Shown here piece by piece: positions 10,936-24,109 of a stretch of 64,000 bases of DNA. Numbering within the stretch: position 1 is the stretch's first letter; each line of letters starts with the position of its first letter. Source of the DNA: Narcine bancroftii (Eukaryota). The position numbers and the translations under genes were made by a program. The stretch lies in the NCBI RefSeq assembly GCF_036971445.1, contig NC_091478.1:91822001-91886000 (forward strand), given 5' to 3'. The notes below the pieces were generated by a model, which was not told the origin of the DNA, did no database searches, and saw only the letters and a list, made by a program, of their open reading frames with translations.

Positions 10936-12720
10936 TGCCAGATCATGCAGTACATGAGGCTTGGACAGACATATCAGTGTGGAATTAAAGTGGTTGGCCT
11001 TTGGGATGACCATGCTGTGGCAACAGACAGAGTGAAGATGTTCAGTGAAACAATTTCCCACTCTATATCCAGTCTCCCTGATGTGGAGGAGGCCATATAG
11101 AGAGCATTGGATGCAGTAAATGACCCCTGCAGATTCACAAGTGAGGTGTTGCTTCATTTGGAAGGTCTGTTCTGGGCCTTGAGTAATGGTTAGGGAGAAG
11201 GTGAGAGTTCACATCCTGTGGTCACAGGGTCAGGTGCCAAGGGGGCAAATGATGGAAAGGGAGGAACAGACAAGAGAGTCGTGGAAGGTATGATCTCTAC
11301 GGAATATGTAGAGGGGAAGGGAAGTTGTATCTGGTGTGGGAAACAGAGGCTGATGGGATGGTAAGTGAGGATGAGGGGAATTCATCTGGGGTGGAAGGAC
11401 TAGCTCAGATGTGGGAAATAGAGAAGATGCGGGTGAAGGCTGAGTCAGTGGTAGTAGAGAGGAAGCTACATTTTCCGAAGAAGGAGGAGATCTCATATTT
11501 GGAATGGAAAGATTCATCCTGGGAGCAGATGCAGAGAAGACAGAGGAATTGAGGGAAAGGAATAAACTTACCTGGGACACATTGATATGAGGTGTGTCTA
11601 AATAACTATGATGGTTAGTGGGTTTATAAAAGATGTCTCTAGATAGTTTGTCTTTCGAATTGTCGACGGAGAGATTTAGAAAAGGCTAGAGAGTTGCCAG
11701 CCCAAGTGAATTTGAGTTCAGAGTGGAAGTTGGCAACTAAGTGGATAAAGTCGACAAGCTCACCACAAGTGCAAGCAGCACCAATGTCTTTGTCAATGTA
11801 ATGGATGAAGAGCCTTGTCTGTGTAGGATTGCCATATGGATTGCTCACATATGTATTGAAATGACAGACATAGCTAAGACCCATGTGAATACCCATAGCT
11901 ATACCTTTGTCTTGGAGAAATTGGGATGAGCACATTTCTGTAAGATGGAGTAGGTTCATGGTGAAAGGGGACTGGTTAAGTGTTATAAAGGAAGAATCAG
12001 AGAGCTTTAAGGCCTTCTTTATGGGTGCTGGAAGTGTATAGGGACTGGAGGTCCATGGTGAAAATGTGACAGTCCAGCCCAGGGAACTGAAAGGTGTTAA
12101 GTTGATGGAGAGTGTGAGGTCTCCCAGACATAGGTGGGAAGGGAATGGATCAATGGGGACAAAATGGAGATGAGGTATGATGATACTAGTTCAGTGGGAC
12201 AAGATCACGCAGAGACCATAGGTCTTCCAGGGCATTTTTTTTGTGAATCTTGGGTAGGAGGTAGAACCAAGCAGTGCGGGATTTGTAATTAATGGGGTTA
12301 GATCCTGTGGAAGGGAGATGAGGTCAATAATAGTGCGGGAGATGTTTCTTGGTGGGGTTCTGTGAAAGGTGTAAGAAGTATCTGAGAATTGGTATCCTGC
12401 CTTGGCAAAGTAGATCTTAGTGTACAGACTACAACAGCAACACCCTTGTCTGGATGTTTGATAGTGAAGTTGGAATTGGTGCGGAGAGAGCGGCAGGCAG
12501 TGTGTTCCAAGGGCGTAAGATTGGAATCAGTGAATAGAGTGGTGATGTTGAAATGGTCGATGTCTCGACGACAGTTGGAAATGAAAAGATGGAGGGCAGG
12601 CAGAAAGCCAGAACGAGGTGTCCAAGATGAGGAAGAAGGCCTAAGGCGGGAGAAGACATCCTCAGTGGTGAGTGGAAATTCCTTGTTAAAGTAGGCTCCT
12701 TCTGTAGCTAACCATTTTAA
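10936..12720 (-). mobile_element. Penelope-like element (RT + GIY-YIG endonuclease) remnant, opposite orientation
   Basis: TCESAGVIYCIQC..LLHIRETG (GIY-YIG), FLQDKGIAMG..MG.SY, FIHYID and TIKHPDKGVAVVV. Confidence 0.88.
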
Positions 12721-13364
12721 TAAACTTAACGATTCCTCCAATTACATTTGCCTATATTCATCTGCAGCTTTTGTCTTTCTCAATTAGCAAAATAATGTCA
12801 CCTGCTCTATTCTAACTGATTTATCTATGTATCTCTATTTTATTTGCTGTACTTATGTTTGAATTAACTTGCTGGAGAGCATGAAGAACAAATATTTTCA
12901 TTGTACCTTAGTACATGTGACAATATACTTTGGATTTGCAGACATAAAACAGAATTATCAATATCGGTGTTGTACGTTGGTTTGATGTGGTTGAAAATGC
13001 AGAAGAACGTGCAGGATGTAGCTACTTCCAAAGAGGTGCCGTGAAGCCTGGAGCACGGGCTTGTGTTAGAATCAAATCTTCTAGACTTTGCAGACTCTCA
13101 ATGCTGCTAAATAGGGTGATAGTGTTTTTAAGAAGGTGTATGGGGTTTTGACTTTCATTAACTGTGGGATTGAGTTCAAGAGCTGTGAGATGTTACAGTT
13201 ATGCAAGACCTTAGTTGGACTCTACTTGGCATATTAAGTTTCGATCACCTCATTACAGGAAAGATGTGGATGCAAAAGAGAAAGTGCAAAGGATTGAAGA
13301 GCATGCCTTATGTGGTTAGATTGAGTGAACTTGGTCTTTTCTCCTTGGAGTGATGTTCAAATTC

Positions 13365-15170
13365 ATGTTCAAGTTTATTGTCATCTGATTGTGCAGATAC
13401 AACCTGATGAAACAGTGCATCTCCAGACTATAGAGCACACACAAAGACACACAGTATACCATACACACAAATGACATTCAGTAAAATCCCCATTATCTGG
13501 AATTCAAGCAAGTGGCAGCCAAACAACCAGCAAAAAAAAAATAAAATAATGGAAAATGAATAGGTAAAAAAATACAAAAGTTTAAAATTGGTGCCCCGAG
13601 CGGTTAGTTTGCCAATCGCGCAAGATGCAATCTCGCAACCAGCACATTTATTTATCCGGCATCTACCAATCCCCATAGGTGCCGGATACTGTGGGGTTTA
13701 CTGTATATACATTAGCAATCCAAAGTAAATATTTATAAAAACAAAATGGGATTTTGGAATTGTTCAACAGTCTCACCTCCTGCTGGAAGAAACTGTTTCC
13801 CAGTCTGGTAGTCCTGGTTTTAAAACCTCTTCCTCTGTCTCAAAGGTACTGTGGGCTGGATGTTAAGGGTCTTTGAGGATCCTCTGAACCTCTCTAAGCA
13901 TCGCTCCCTGTAGATGTTGTCAATAGAAGGAAGGGAGATCCGGTGATCTTCTCAGCATTTTAATCATCCTCCTTATTGATCTTCAATCTGATGCTTTGCA
14001 GCTACTATGATGCAGGCAGCCAGCACACATTGTGCTCCTGTAGAATGTTGTTAGCCTGCTGGTCAATGGCCTTACCTGCCTCAACCTCTAGGAAGGTGAT
14101 ACTACTGCACCTTCCTGACTATTGTGTGTCCTTTAAACTGACACCAAGGAGCTTTGTGCTCCCCACTTTCTCTATGATGGAGACATTGCTATTGGGGAGT
14201 GGTCCTCTGACTTCCTGAAGTCCTAATCATCTCCTTTGTCTTGTTTTGATGCTCAGGTTTGATGCTTTTGCATCACTGTACAAGCCTATCCATCTCCTCA
14301 TCATTGTTCCCAATGAGGCCTAACTAACATTGTGTCATCCATGAACTTGATAATTCTGATGGAGCTGATCCTGGCAGTACAGTCGTGGGATAACATGCAG
14401 CCCTGAGTTGCATGCTCAGCCTCCAAGGTCCCTCTAACATATGATTGTGTTGAACGCCAAGCTGAAGTCAATGTACAACAGCCTGGCAAATGAGACATCA
14501 TTCCCTAGGTGGGTCAGGACAGAATGGCGTGTCAGAGCTAATGCATTGTCTCCAGATCAGTTTGGTCGATACAAAAACTGGAATGGGTCCATTGTGAGCT
14601 TCGATGCGCTCCAATACCAGTTGCTCAAAGCACTTCATGATCATGGAGGTCAGTGCTACGAGATGGTAGTTATTTAGTCCAGCTACTGTTGTTTGGGATT
14701 ATGGTGGCTACCTTGAAACCTACGGGGACAATGGACTGCTGGAATGAGATATTGGAAATGTCCATTGAGACCTCATTCAGCAGGTCCACACCCGACCTGC
14801 TATGTTATCTGTCCAGCAGCTTTGTGTGGGTTCACTCTGGATAGGATCCTCTTCACCACAGTTGCTGCTACGCAGGCTGTCTGTTCCTCAGGGGGATGGG
14901 GCTTTCTTTGGTGATGTGATGTTTTATGCATTGAACTGTGGGTGGAACATGTTCAGCTTGTTAGGAAGGGAGGCATCATTATCACTGCAAGGTGTGTTGT
15001 GGTCTGTTATGTTTTTAATACTTTGCCATATGCTCATTGCATTGCCAGTGTTGCAGATGTCTGAATCTTCTGTGCCTAACCCCACTTTGCTTTCCTGATT
15101 GCCCGGAAGAGTTCGACCTTGCTGTTGTTAGTGCCATTTTACTGCCTGACCTGAAAGTATCTTCCCAACA
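13365..15170 (-). mobile_element. Decayed Rex-Babar-like LINE
   Basis: RLLYIDFSLAFNT (about 14450-14485), IIKFMDDT (about 14330-14355), and a tttattgtcat 3' tail near 13375. Confidence 0.65.
13479..13703. mobile_element. Tc1/mariner (Tigger-like) MITE
   Basis: Imperfect TIRs cagtaaaatcccc / ggggtttactg followed by TA. Confidence 0.55.
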
Positions 15171-16359
15171 GAGGATGGGAGGCAATGAGCATGTAGATAG
15201 CCAGAAACCTTTCCTCGGGGCTGAAACACCTAACAGCAGGGGCCATAATTTTAAGGTGCTTGGGAGTAAATACAGGGGGTTGCAAGAGGTAACTTCTTCA
15301 CAGAGTGGTGACTGACTGCATGGAATGTACTGCATGGAGGAGGCAGGTACAATAGAAATGGAGGGCTCTATCAGTCGGGAAATTCTAGGCAGTTGGTAGA
15401 ATAGGTTATTAAGTCAGCACAACTCTGTGGGCCAAAGGGCCTGTATAATGTTGTTCTATGTTCTTTCACAATTGTGGATTGTTTCTGAATTAGAAGTGAA
15501 TGTTCAATACCGCCATCTGGTGGGTCTGTGCTGTAAATGCAGAGACAAGTTGAAAACAGTTAAATAAATGTTCACAAATTTTGAATTTGTTCAGCTGAAA
15601 GAGTTCTAAACCATCATTGATTTCTTCTTAACCACCTGCTGCTTTTGTGAACATTTATTTAACTGTTTTCAACTTGTCTTCCTCTATCCTCTATCTTCCA
15701 CAAATCTTTTGCTTCCTTGTATGCCCTCTTTGCTTTTAGCAAAAATCAGTGTCTGTAAATGTAACTAATTCTGGAACAGACTGTGACAAGCCTTCCCTCA
15801 GTTCTTCTAATGTATCAAATTATGGCTGGGCTGTGACTTGTGTTATGCTTATGTGAAATGTTAAATATTAACTGTGGCCATTCAGTCCCTCCTGTCTATA
15901 CTATCCCTAGTGATAATCCCATTTTACTAAAACAGGAGCTCGCAATAGTATATGTGTCTTTTTACTCTTGCCGTATCTTAATTCAACCCACAATGATTCT
16001 ACATCTTCTGATCCAAAATCACCTCTTATTATTTAATGTTCCTCCTCACCAACAGAGCCACGCCACCCACTCTGCTTACCTGCCAATCCTTTCGATACAC
16101 TGTATCCTTGGACATTCAGCTCCCAATGTCATCCATCCTTTAGCCATGATTCTGTGATGGCCATAACATCATATCTGCCTATGTGTAGCTGTATTACAAA
16201 GTCATCCACTTAATTTCTTATGCTGTGTGCATTTAAATACAAAACATTTAGCATTTTATTTGTTACATTAGACTTTGTGTCCCTGTTGTATTGTAACACA
16301 TCCCCATGGCTGCAACTTTGCCCTATCTGCCTGTTCTTCTACACAAATCCCTACCAAAT

Positions 16360-16914
16360 AATAACATAACAATTACAGCACGGAAACAGGCCATTAGGCC
16401 CTTCTAGTCCGCACCGAACCAAACACCCTTTCTAGTCCCACCTCCCTGCACGATGCCCATAACCCTCCATCTTCTTCTCATCCATATACCTGTCCAACCT
16501 TTTCTTAAATAATACAATTGACTCCGCCGCCACTATTTCTCCCGGAAGATGATTCCACACAGCTACCACTCTCTGAGTAAAGAAGTTCCCCCTCATGTTA
16601 CCTCTAAACCTCTGCCCCTTAATTCTTAACTCATGTCCTCTCGTTTTAATCTTTCCTCCTCTTAACGGAAATAGTCTATCCACATCCATTCTGTCTATCC
16701 CTTTCATAATCTTAAATACTTCTATCAAATCCCCTCTCAACCTTCTACGCTCCAAAGAATAAAGACCCAATCTGTCCAATCTCTCCCCATACTCCAGATG
16801 CTTAAACCCAGGCAACATTCTGGTAAACCTTCTCTGCACTCTCTCCACTCTGTTTATATCCTTCCTATAATTAGGCGACCAGAACTGCACACAGAACTCC
16901 AAATTAGGCCGCAC
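16360..16914 (-). mobile_element. Young 5'-truncated CR1 LINE 3' end
   Basis: Uninterrupted 160-aa frame RPNLEFCVQFWSP...ERVQRRFTRMLPG...SLERRRLRGDLIEVFKI...FFTQRVV..WN.LP, followed by 3' UTR and a short-repeat tail. Confidence 0.93.
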
Positions 16915-17391
16915 CTGTTTGGCTCTTCCTCTGCCTCATCTTGAAAGACTACAATATTCTAGTTCCTAAGATAATAAAAAAGCCAGATGGGTGTTTAATT
17001 GCTGCTTTTAATTTTGTTTCCTTCCATTAAAGGAAGTACTGAAACAAAATGGAAGGAATCACATCAGCATATTAGAATTCAGCTTTCTTATTTCAGAGAT
17101 ACACCTTTGAAGTCCTGGAATGCCTTTTATGCAATCAAACATACAAGTCCAAACTGTCTGGTAAATTGAGAATTCCCAATCTATCAGTTTACTCTGCTGT
17201 TGGACTCCAGATGAAGTGTAGTGACAGATCTGGTTTGTTGAGGTTCTCCAGAAGATACTGGAATTTCCACTCTTTAAAAGTCAAAATACACGAGTTAAAT
17301 GATCCAAGGAGCTATTTAATGTCTTTAATTATTTGTTTTTGGAAATATCTATAATTTCTGATTCAAGTAGTACTAACTGACAATAATGGCC

Positions 17392-17904
17392 TACCATATA
17401 TACACTTGTAATAGTTGAATTTTGTGGACCAATTTCTAGGGTAAAATTTAGGGGGTCGACTACTACTTTAGACCACTGTAAGTATCCACATCATTCGAGA
17501 TGTCAGGAGCTCAGATGCTTGGGAGGGCGGCTGGGACTGGGTGTTAAATCCGCATTCATGTGTCTGGAGCTCGGATGGGTGGGCAGCCGGGGCCTAGGCG
17601 AGAGTCTGCATTTGGTGGATTGGGAGCTTCGATGGGCAGTCAGACAGAACAGAGTGGTAAGTTCACATTTGGGCTGTCGGGAGCTCGGAAGGTTGGGCAG
17701 CCATGGTCTAGGTGAGAGTCTGCAGTTGGGGCATTAGGAGTCGCAGTGGACGGGCAGACGAGGCCTCAGCAAGAGTCTGTGGTCGGGCCATCGGAAGCTC
17801 TGGTGGACGGGGCCAAAATAGGAAGCTGACTTTTAAACAATACCTAGGCCAAAAATAGGGGGTTGACTTTAGCATGGTATCAACTATTACACATGTCTAC
17901 AGTA
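17392..17904. mobile_element. Non-autonomous Tc1/mariner-type element
   Basis: Degenerate TIRs taccatatatacacttgtaatagttga / tcaactattacacatgtctacagta; subterminal agggggt(c/t)gact at both ends. Confidence 0.55.
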
Positions 17905-18342
17905 TACAGCCTCATCCCACATAAAAAAAAATTCTTTTCCAAATCACCATGGATGGTGATTGGCCCAGGTGAATTATATCTGATTTTTTTTTTAAATATA
18001 AAAAAATACATATTGACTGTAAAACAAATTCTAACTTGAATATCGTGTCTTAAGATTTTTTTTCTGCAGGGTTGGACTTTAAGCAAAGATTCCCTGGTCC
18101 GAAAAATGGTAATGAGCAGCATGAGGTCATTTTATCCAATAATTTAAATAGGTGAAATTTAGAAGAGCTAGTCTGCATAATTTCTGTCATTGTTCATTGT
18201 GAACATTACTCAGTGGACAGCAACCTCTGCTGGATAGCTTAGTAAATTAATCAGTAATAAACAAACTGCAAAATGACCAGAATGATAAAGCTGGTTGAAA
18301 TTAAGGCAACTGCATAAAATATTAAAAATGATCTTTATAATC

Positions 18343-18545
18343 AGGGTGGCACAGTTAGTGTAGCAGTGCCAGAGACCAGAGTTCAAATCCTGATCTGTCT
18401 GCAAGGAGTTTGCATGTTCTCCCTGTGTTTGCCTGGGTTTACTCCAGATGGTCCAGTTTCCTTCCGCCGCAGTTGTAGGTCAATTAGGTGTAATCGGGGT
18501 TCATGGGTCGAAAGGGCTGGTTACCGTGCTGCATGTCTAAATTAA
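18343..18545 (+). mobile_element. tRNA-derived V-SINE
   Basis: ggcacagttagtg (A box), gttcaaatcc (B box), and ggagtttgcatgttctccctgtgtttgcctgggtttactcc (V-domain core). Confidence 0.8.
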
Positions 18546-19489
18546 AAAATTATTCAAGAATTGGAAGGAATTTTAGTCATCTTCTTTCTCAAGACAGAAC
18601 ATTGAGTACACGTTAAAAGGAGAAAGCATACAATTTGAAATAACAAACAACTGAATTACACAACAAATTGACCACTTGAGCGACACTCCCAATCTCACTG
18701 CATCCACTCAAACACAAGTGATGCAACACTTGCAAAAAGGCTTAATTAAACTTTTTGTTGTGCTATAGTCAGGGGAAGTTGAGGGTGGAAGAGAGTAGAA
18801 ATTGGGGAATTGAATCCTATCATTTGTAGGAATGGGAGGATAATTTCAACTGGATAATTGCACAACACTTGATCTATTGTATCCGGAATTGTTGACAATA
18901 ATAAGAAAGAACAGACTTGGTCATGGTGAAACTATGAGATTGAAGGCTAAACCATCTAATTCACTTGTATACATCAGTTGAGAAAATCTAACATTTTTTA
19001 TTGGGACTGGCCCATATGATCCTCCAGACCCAAAGCAATATTGTCGACTCTTAAGTGATCTTACAATTGAATAGTTTGCAATTGTAACCAGCATCTTTAA
19101 AAATAAATCCAACCAATCACCTTGCATCAATCTAGGCATCAAACTGGGACTCTGCAGTTGCAGACTGACAATATCAATTCATGAATGATGGATAACAAAT
19201 AAACAGCTCACTGCAGGAGGCAATTCCAAGCATATTCCCATCCTCAAGTTGGGAGCAGAGTTTGGCAGTGCCAAGTATAAAGATAAACAAAAGAACTGGT
19301 GAAACTCAGTAAGCCATGCAATTTCTACAGGAAGTGTAGGAAGTAAAGGCAGTTAACATTTTAGCACTGTTTCCTCAGACACCAGAATAAAAAGGAGGGG
19401 GAAGGCTAAAGGTCAAAGATGGACAGTGGTGATGGGTAGAAGAAAAAGAGCTCAGAAATTATACAAGGGAAATTGAATGGTATACTAAC

Positions 19490-19880
19490 AATAACCTCAC
19501 ATTCAATGTCACCAAAGGAGCTGATTGTGAACTTTAGGAAGGAAAAACCAAAAGTGTACGATTCAGTGATCATTGGGATATCAATGGTAGAGAAGGCGAG
19601 CAAATTGAAATTCTGGGAGTTACTGTTTCAGAGGTCCTTTCCTGGACCCAACACATCAATGCCATTGTGAAGAAAGCACATTAGCACCTCTACTTCCTCA
19701 GGAGATCGTGGAGGTCTGGTATGACATCAGAAACCTTGAAGTTCTACAGATGTATAGAGGAAAGTGTGCTGACCAGCTGTGTTATGACCTGGGGATAGAG
19801 GCACCATAACTTCTGAGTGGAAAGCCCTGCAAAAAGGTAGTTGATTCAGGCCAGTTGATTATGGGGAAAATATCCACAGT
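19490..19880 (+). mobile_element. Rex-Babar-like LINE fragment
   Basis: KELIVNFRK, KFLG-like, KKA..HLYFLRR and ESVLTSC motifs. Confidence 0.65.
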
Positions 19881-20830
19881 CAAAAAAATGGAACGTCATC
19901 AAAGTTGAAAGAAGAGACAGAGATGAAGAGGGATTGGCAGAGGGGGGTTAACATAAATTGGAGGTAAATGTGATGTAATTTGTTTGGAAACTGCCTAATC
20001 GAAATCCAATTTTCAGTGGCATCAGTTTGGCAGTACACAAGGCCATGGTCAGACATGCCAGTATGGTAGTGGTGTGTGGAATTGAAGTGGGAGTTCCTTG
20101 TTTTGCAGCAGACAGAGAGAAGATGCTCAGCGAAATGATCTCCCAGTCTTTATCTAATCTTCCTGATATAGAGGAGGCCACAGTGGGAGCACTGGATGCA
20201 GCAAATGACCTCGACAGATTTACAATTGGACTGTTTGGGGTCCCAAATAGTGGTGAGGGAGGAGATACAAGTGCAGCACTTCCAGACGCATCTTCCCTTT
20301 CCTTCTCCGCTTTCTTTAGGGTTTGTTCCCTCCAAAACTCCCTTGCCCACTTGTCCTTCCCATCATTAGCTCCCTTGGTACCTACGCCTATGACTGCAAG
20401 GAACACCTCACATTGGAGGAAATATAAATTGGAGAACACCTTACATTCCTTCCATCTCTGCAGTCTCGCAACCAGACAGCATCCACATCAACCTCCAAAT
20501 GCCATCAACCCCCTCTTTCCCTCAGTCTCCCTCCTCCAGCTCCCTACCCCTTCTCTTCCAGATCTATTAACCTTTGCCCTTGCCCCCCAGCTTTTGTCTC
20601 TTCTACCCTCCCACCTCTTACCTGTTAGCCTGTGTTCCTCCACCTCCCCCACCCCAAATTTTTTGTAATTCAGGTGTGTGCTTGATTTTTGGCACTCCAG
20701 ATGAAGGACTCCGGCTTGAAATATCGACTGCCTTTTACTTCAAGTGGATTTTGTGTGATCTGCTGAGGTTTTCCAGCACTTTTGTGTGATTGTATTAGTC
20801 CACAGCATCTGCAGATTTTCTTGTTTACTT
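19880..20830. mobile_element. Penelope-like GIY-YIG fragment (minus) followed by a plus-strand 3' end/pLTR
   Basis: CKSVEVICCIQCSHCGLLYIRK on minus; terminus ccagatgaaggactccggcttgaaatatcgac...cagcatctgcag on plus. Confidence 0.75.
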
Positions 20831-21019
20831 CCATGGAGCATTTCCAACTATGTTTAATCTGAAATGCCAAGTGCTTCCACCCGAAATTCCCAATATCGAA
20901 GCCAGACGTACAACTAATTTGATTTAGTCAATGTGATATGAAGAAAAGGCTTAAACCACCATCTCTTTAAGCATTTAAGTAAAATGCCCATAAGCCTGTT
21001 ATTGATGTCATTTGTGTTG

Positions 21020-22190
21020 CATTCCTGAACCACTCTTTCTCCTGTCTGCTCACCTGCCTTTCCTTTATGCCATTTTTGAACACCTCTTTACTATTAATTC
21101 CTTCCTCTGTTGTAACTCCCTGACTCGCTGCTATCCTATTCTCTTTGCTCCCATTAGGATTTCCCTCCCCCTGCAAAACTAGTTTAAACCCTCCCCAACA
21201 GCTCTAGCAAACCCTTCTGCCAGGTTATTGGTCCCTTTCCAGCTTAGATGTAACCTTTTCTAGAGGTTTGACCTTTCCCAGAACCAATCTCAATGATCTA
21301 CAAATCAGAAGCCCTGCCCCTACATCAACTGTTTAGTCATGCATTCATCTGCCATAATTTCCTATCTGTACTGTCTAGCCCATGGCACAGGCAGCAATCC
21401 AGAGATTACCACCCTCGAGGTCTGTCTTTTAACTTTCTACCTAACTCCCTATATTCCCTCTTGAGGACCTCATCTTTACTTCTGTCCCCACATGGATCAC
21501 AACATCCTGCTGCTCTCCCTCCCCTTCCAGAATGCTGCTGAGATGATTTGACCCTGGCACCTGGGAGGCAACATACCATCCAGGAGTCACTATGCATCCC
21601 ACCAAACTTCCTGTTTGCCTTCCTAACCTTCTGAGCCGAGGAGTCAACATCTGTGCCAGAGACCTGACCGCTTCGACTCGTCCCTGGTAGATCATCCCTA
21701 CCAGTAGTATCCAAAACAGCATACACATTGCCAGTGGGTACTCTGCATTACTGGTCCCTTCCTTTTACCTCCCCTGACAGTCACTCAAGTATCTGCATAC
21801 TGCCTATTTGGGATGACTACCTCTCTGTAATTCCTCTCTGTTACTGCCTTGGCCTCCTGAATAACCCATAGTTCATCCAGTTCCAGCTCATTGCCAAATT
21901 TGGTCAATAAGGAGCCGGAACTGAATGCACTTTCTGCAGGTATGGTTGTCTGGGACCATCCCAAATTTCCCATATCCTGCAGCTGGAACAATCCACAGTC
22001 CTAGCTGACTCCATTAGCTTGTAGAATAATACCCTTGACTAGACTTACCTTCTCCCCTTAGTTGCAGCAGTTGCTCTTCCTTAGCCTCTTGAGCCAAAGC
22101 CTCAAAGCTCCACTCCTTCGCTGTGCCACTCACTCACTAGGCCACTCCACTACCTTACCCTCTTTTTATTGGCCCTCAACCAATTAACCC
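21020..22190 (-). mobile_element. CR1 LINE 5' region (ORF1 esterase remnant)
   Basis: MVCCLPGARV, ILEGEGEQQDVVIHVGT, EVLKREYRELGRKLK and LELDELWVIQEA are CR1 ORF1 motifs. Confidence 0.75.
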
Positions 22191-22210
22191 CGTCACTCTC
22201 TCCACAGCCA

Positions 22211-22450
22211 TCCTCCTCTGAATGCCACCGAAACTTCAACGCCGACTCCTCGCTCAAACCAACTAGGCCTGAACCCTGGCAAGTCACTGAATTTAATTTC
22301 TTGCCTTATTCCTTGCCCCTCCTCCTCTGAATGCCACCGAAACTTCAACGCCGACTCCTCGCTCAAACCAACTAGGCCCGAACCCTGGCAAGTCACTGAA
22401 TTTAATTTCTTGCCTTATTCCTTGCCCCTCCTCCTCTGAATGCTATCGAA
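22211..22450 (+). repeat. 109-bp tandem duplication (about 2.2 copies)
   Basis: tcctcctctgaatgc recurs at 22211, 22320 and 22429; the first two units are nearly identical. Confidence 0.92.
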
Positions 22451-22734
22451 ATTCTGACTCCTCCAACACCAACTCCCTATTAAGGATAACAAGGGATAAG
22501 AGGTTAGTGCTGGTAAGTGGCATGGAGAAAAAGATCAGTTATATTTTGTGTGGCAGAGCAAACACATGGGATCAAGTGGCTGATTTCTGTTGCCTGTAAA
22601 AACAGAGGACAAGTTTTAATTCAATTGCCAACCAGTGATTGCTGCTGGACCACTCTACCATGCACTACTGAGTGCATTAAAAAATTCCAGTTAAAATTTT
22701 CATTGAAAGTCACTATCATGTTAAATTATTTCCA

Positions 22735-23265
22735 ATAAAATTCAAAATTATTGTTAGAGTACATACATATCATGTCCAACATCAAGATTCTTTTTCCTGC
22801 AGGCCAGGCAGAATTTCTACTTCATGGTAGTGCAAAAAACTTTACTCAAGACACATACACCAGAGAAATAGAAACAAAAAGAAATGTAAACAAACTGACA
22901 GTTCATGCAGAAAATAAATGTTCAATAATAAATAATGTGCAAAGAAAGCATCCTTAAGTGAGTCTCTGATTGAGTTTGTTGTCTAGGAATCTGACAGTGG
23001 AGGGGTGTCAACTGTTCCTGAATCTGGTGGTTTGAGTCTTATGCCATCCATACCTCTCTTCCAATGGCAACACAGTGTGTGTTGGGTCGTGTGAATTGCT
23101 GCTATTCTCCTACGAGACTTTTGCATGATGTACCTTTTGATGATGTTTCTTCCTTTTTGCAGGGCTTTCCACTCAGAGGCATTGGTGTCCCCATACCAGG
23201 CCATGATGCAGCCAGCTAGCACACTTTCCACCACATCTGTAGAGGTTCGCTAAGATTTCTGATAC
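22735..23265 (-). mobile_element. Rex-Babar-like LINE 3' fragment
   Basis: VESVLAGCIMAWYG..NASEWKALQK, homologous to 19750-19840. Confidence 0.65.
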
Positions 23266-23334
23266 CTTTCAACATTATAGGCATAATCTATTGTGAATAA
23301 TGTTACACAGTTAAGTATGAGACCATTAAGAGAT

Positions 23335-23340
23335 TTTATT
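23335..23340 (-). terminator. Candidate CA5 polyadenylation signal (AATAAA)
   Basis: First tttatt I found about 300 nt downstream of the CA5 stop codon; usage unverified. Confidence 0.35.
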
Positions 23341-23632
23341 TAGTTCCTTGTGAAACATTGACAATTTTTCTGTCATCTTAAATGATACAAACACCGTAAC
23401 AGCAATTTCCAACTTTAAAAAGGTTAAAAAATGATAACTCTAACAAATGATAAAGTACTCAAATATATAAATATGTACTGAACTCCATCTAGATTTTGAT
23501 ATATTGTAGAAGATCTTGAAGCTTAAACAATCTCTTTTCCTGGTTCATCTGACCAGGAAACTGAAAGCAACTTAATGTCCATAAAATACAAGAAAGGCAC
23601 CAGGGCAAATTCATTTGAACATTTTTCTGCAT

Positions 23633-23791
23633 TTATCTGTGTGTATTCTTTTGAGAACCACTTTCATGGGAAGGTGGAATCGTGGTAAATACTGTTCTTT
23701 TCAGTAAAGGCTGTAAGGGTCGATAGTTGTCCACCATATATTTTTGCTTTTCTCCTGAAGATGTGTAAAACAAACTACGAAAAACAGCCAG
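23633..23791 (-). CDS. CA5A: Carbonic anhydrase 5, coding exon 7 (last)
   Basis: ttttttctttaacag|LAVFRSLFYTSSGEKQKYMVDNYRPLQPLLKRTV...THR*; NYRPLQPL motif; 159 nt. Confidence 0.93.
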   Translation of the reverse strand: MAVFRSLFYTSSGEKQKYMVDNYRPLQPLLKRTVFTTIPPSHESGSQKNTHR

Positions 23792-24109
23792 CTGTTAAAG
23801 AAAAAAATAGAAATAAAAATTAAGGAACTCAGGGATAATTTAAAAAACCTTGTCATTTCCGAGGAATTAATAAATACCAAAACATATGGTACAAATGTAA
23901 AAAAAAAACTCAATTTTCAATAATTAATATGCAGTTGTGTCTATGTGACAAAATTAAAAAATCATATCACACAGACTAAAATATACCCAAAATCACAAAT
24001 GGATCAAGAGAAAAATTATTCAAATGTTCACAACCTTTTAGATCACAGAAGTGCTCAATGAAATGATAAATGAAATGTTGAATACTTTTGCTTGGTCCAC
24101 TGTAGGACC

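Noticed and set aside
16432-16914. 160-aa ORF as a host or domesticated gene
   Set aside because: It is an ordinary 5'-truncated CR1 ORF2 C-terminus with its 3' UTR.
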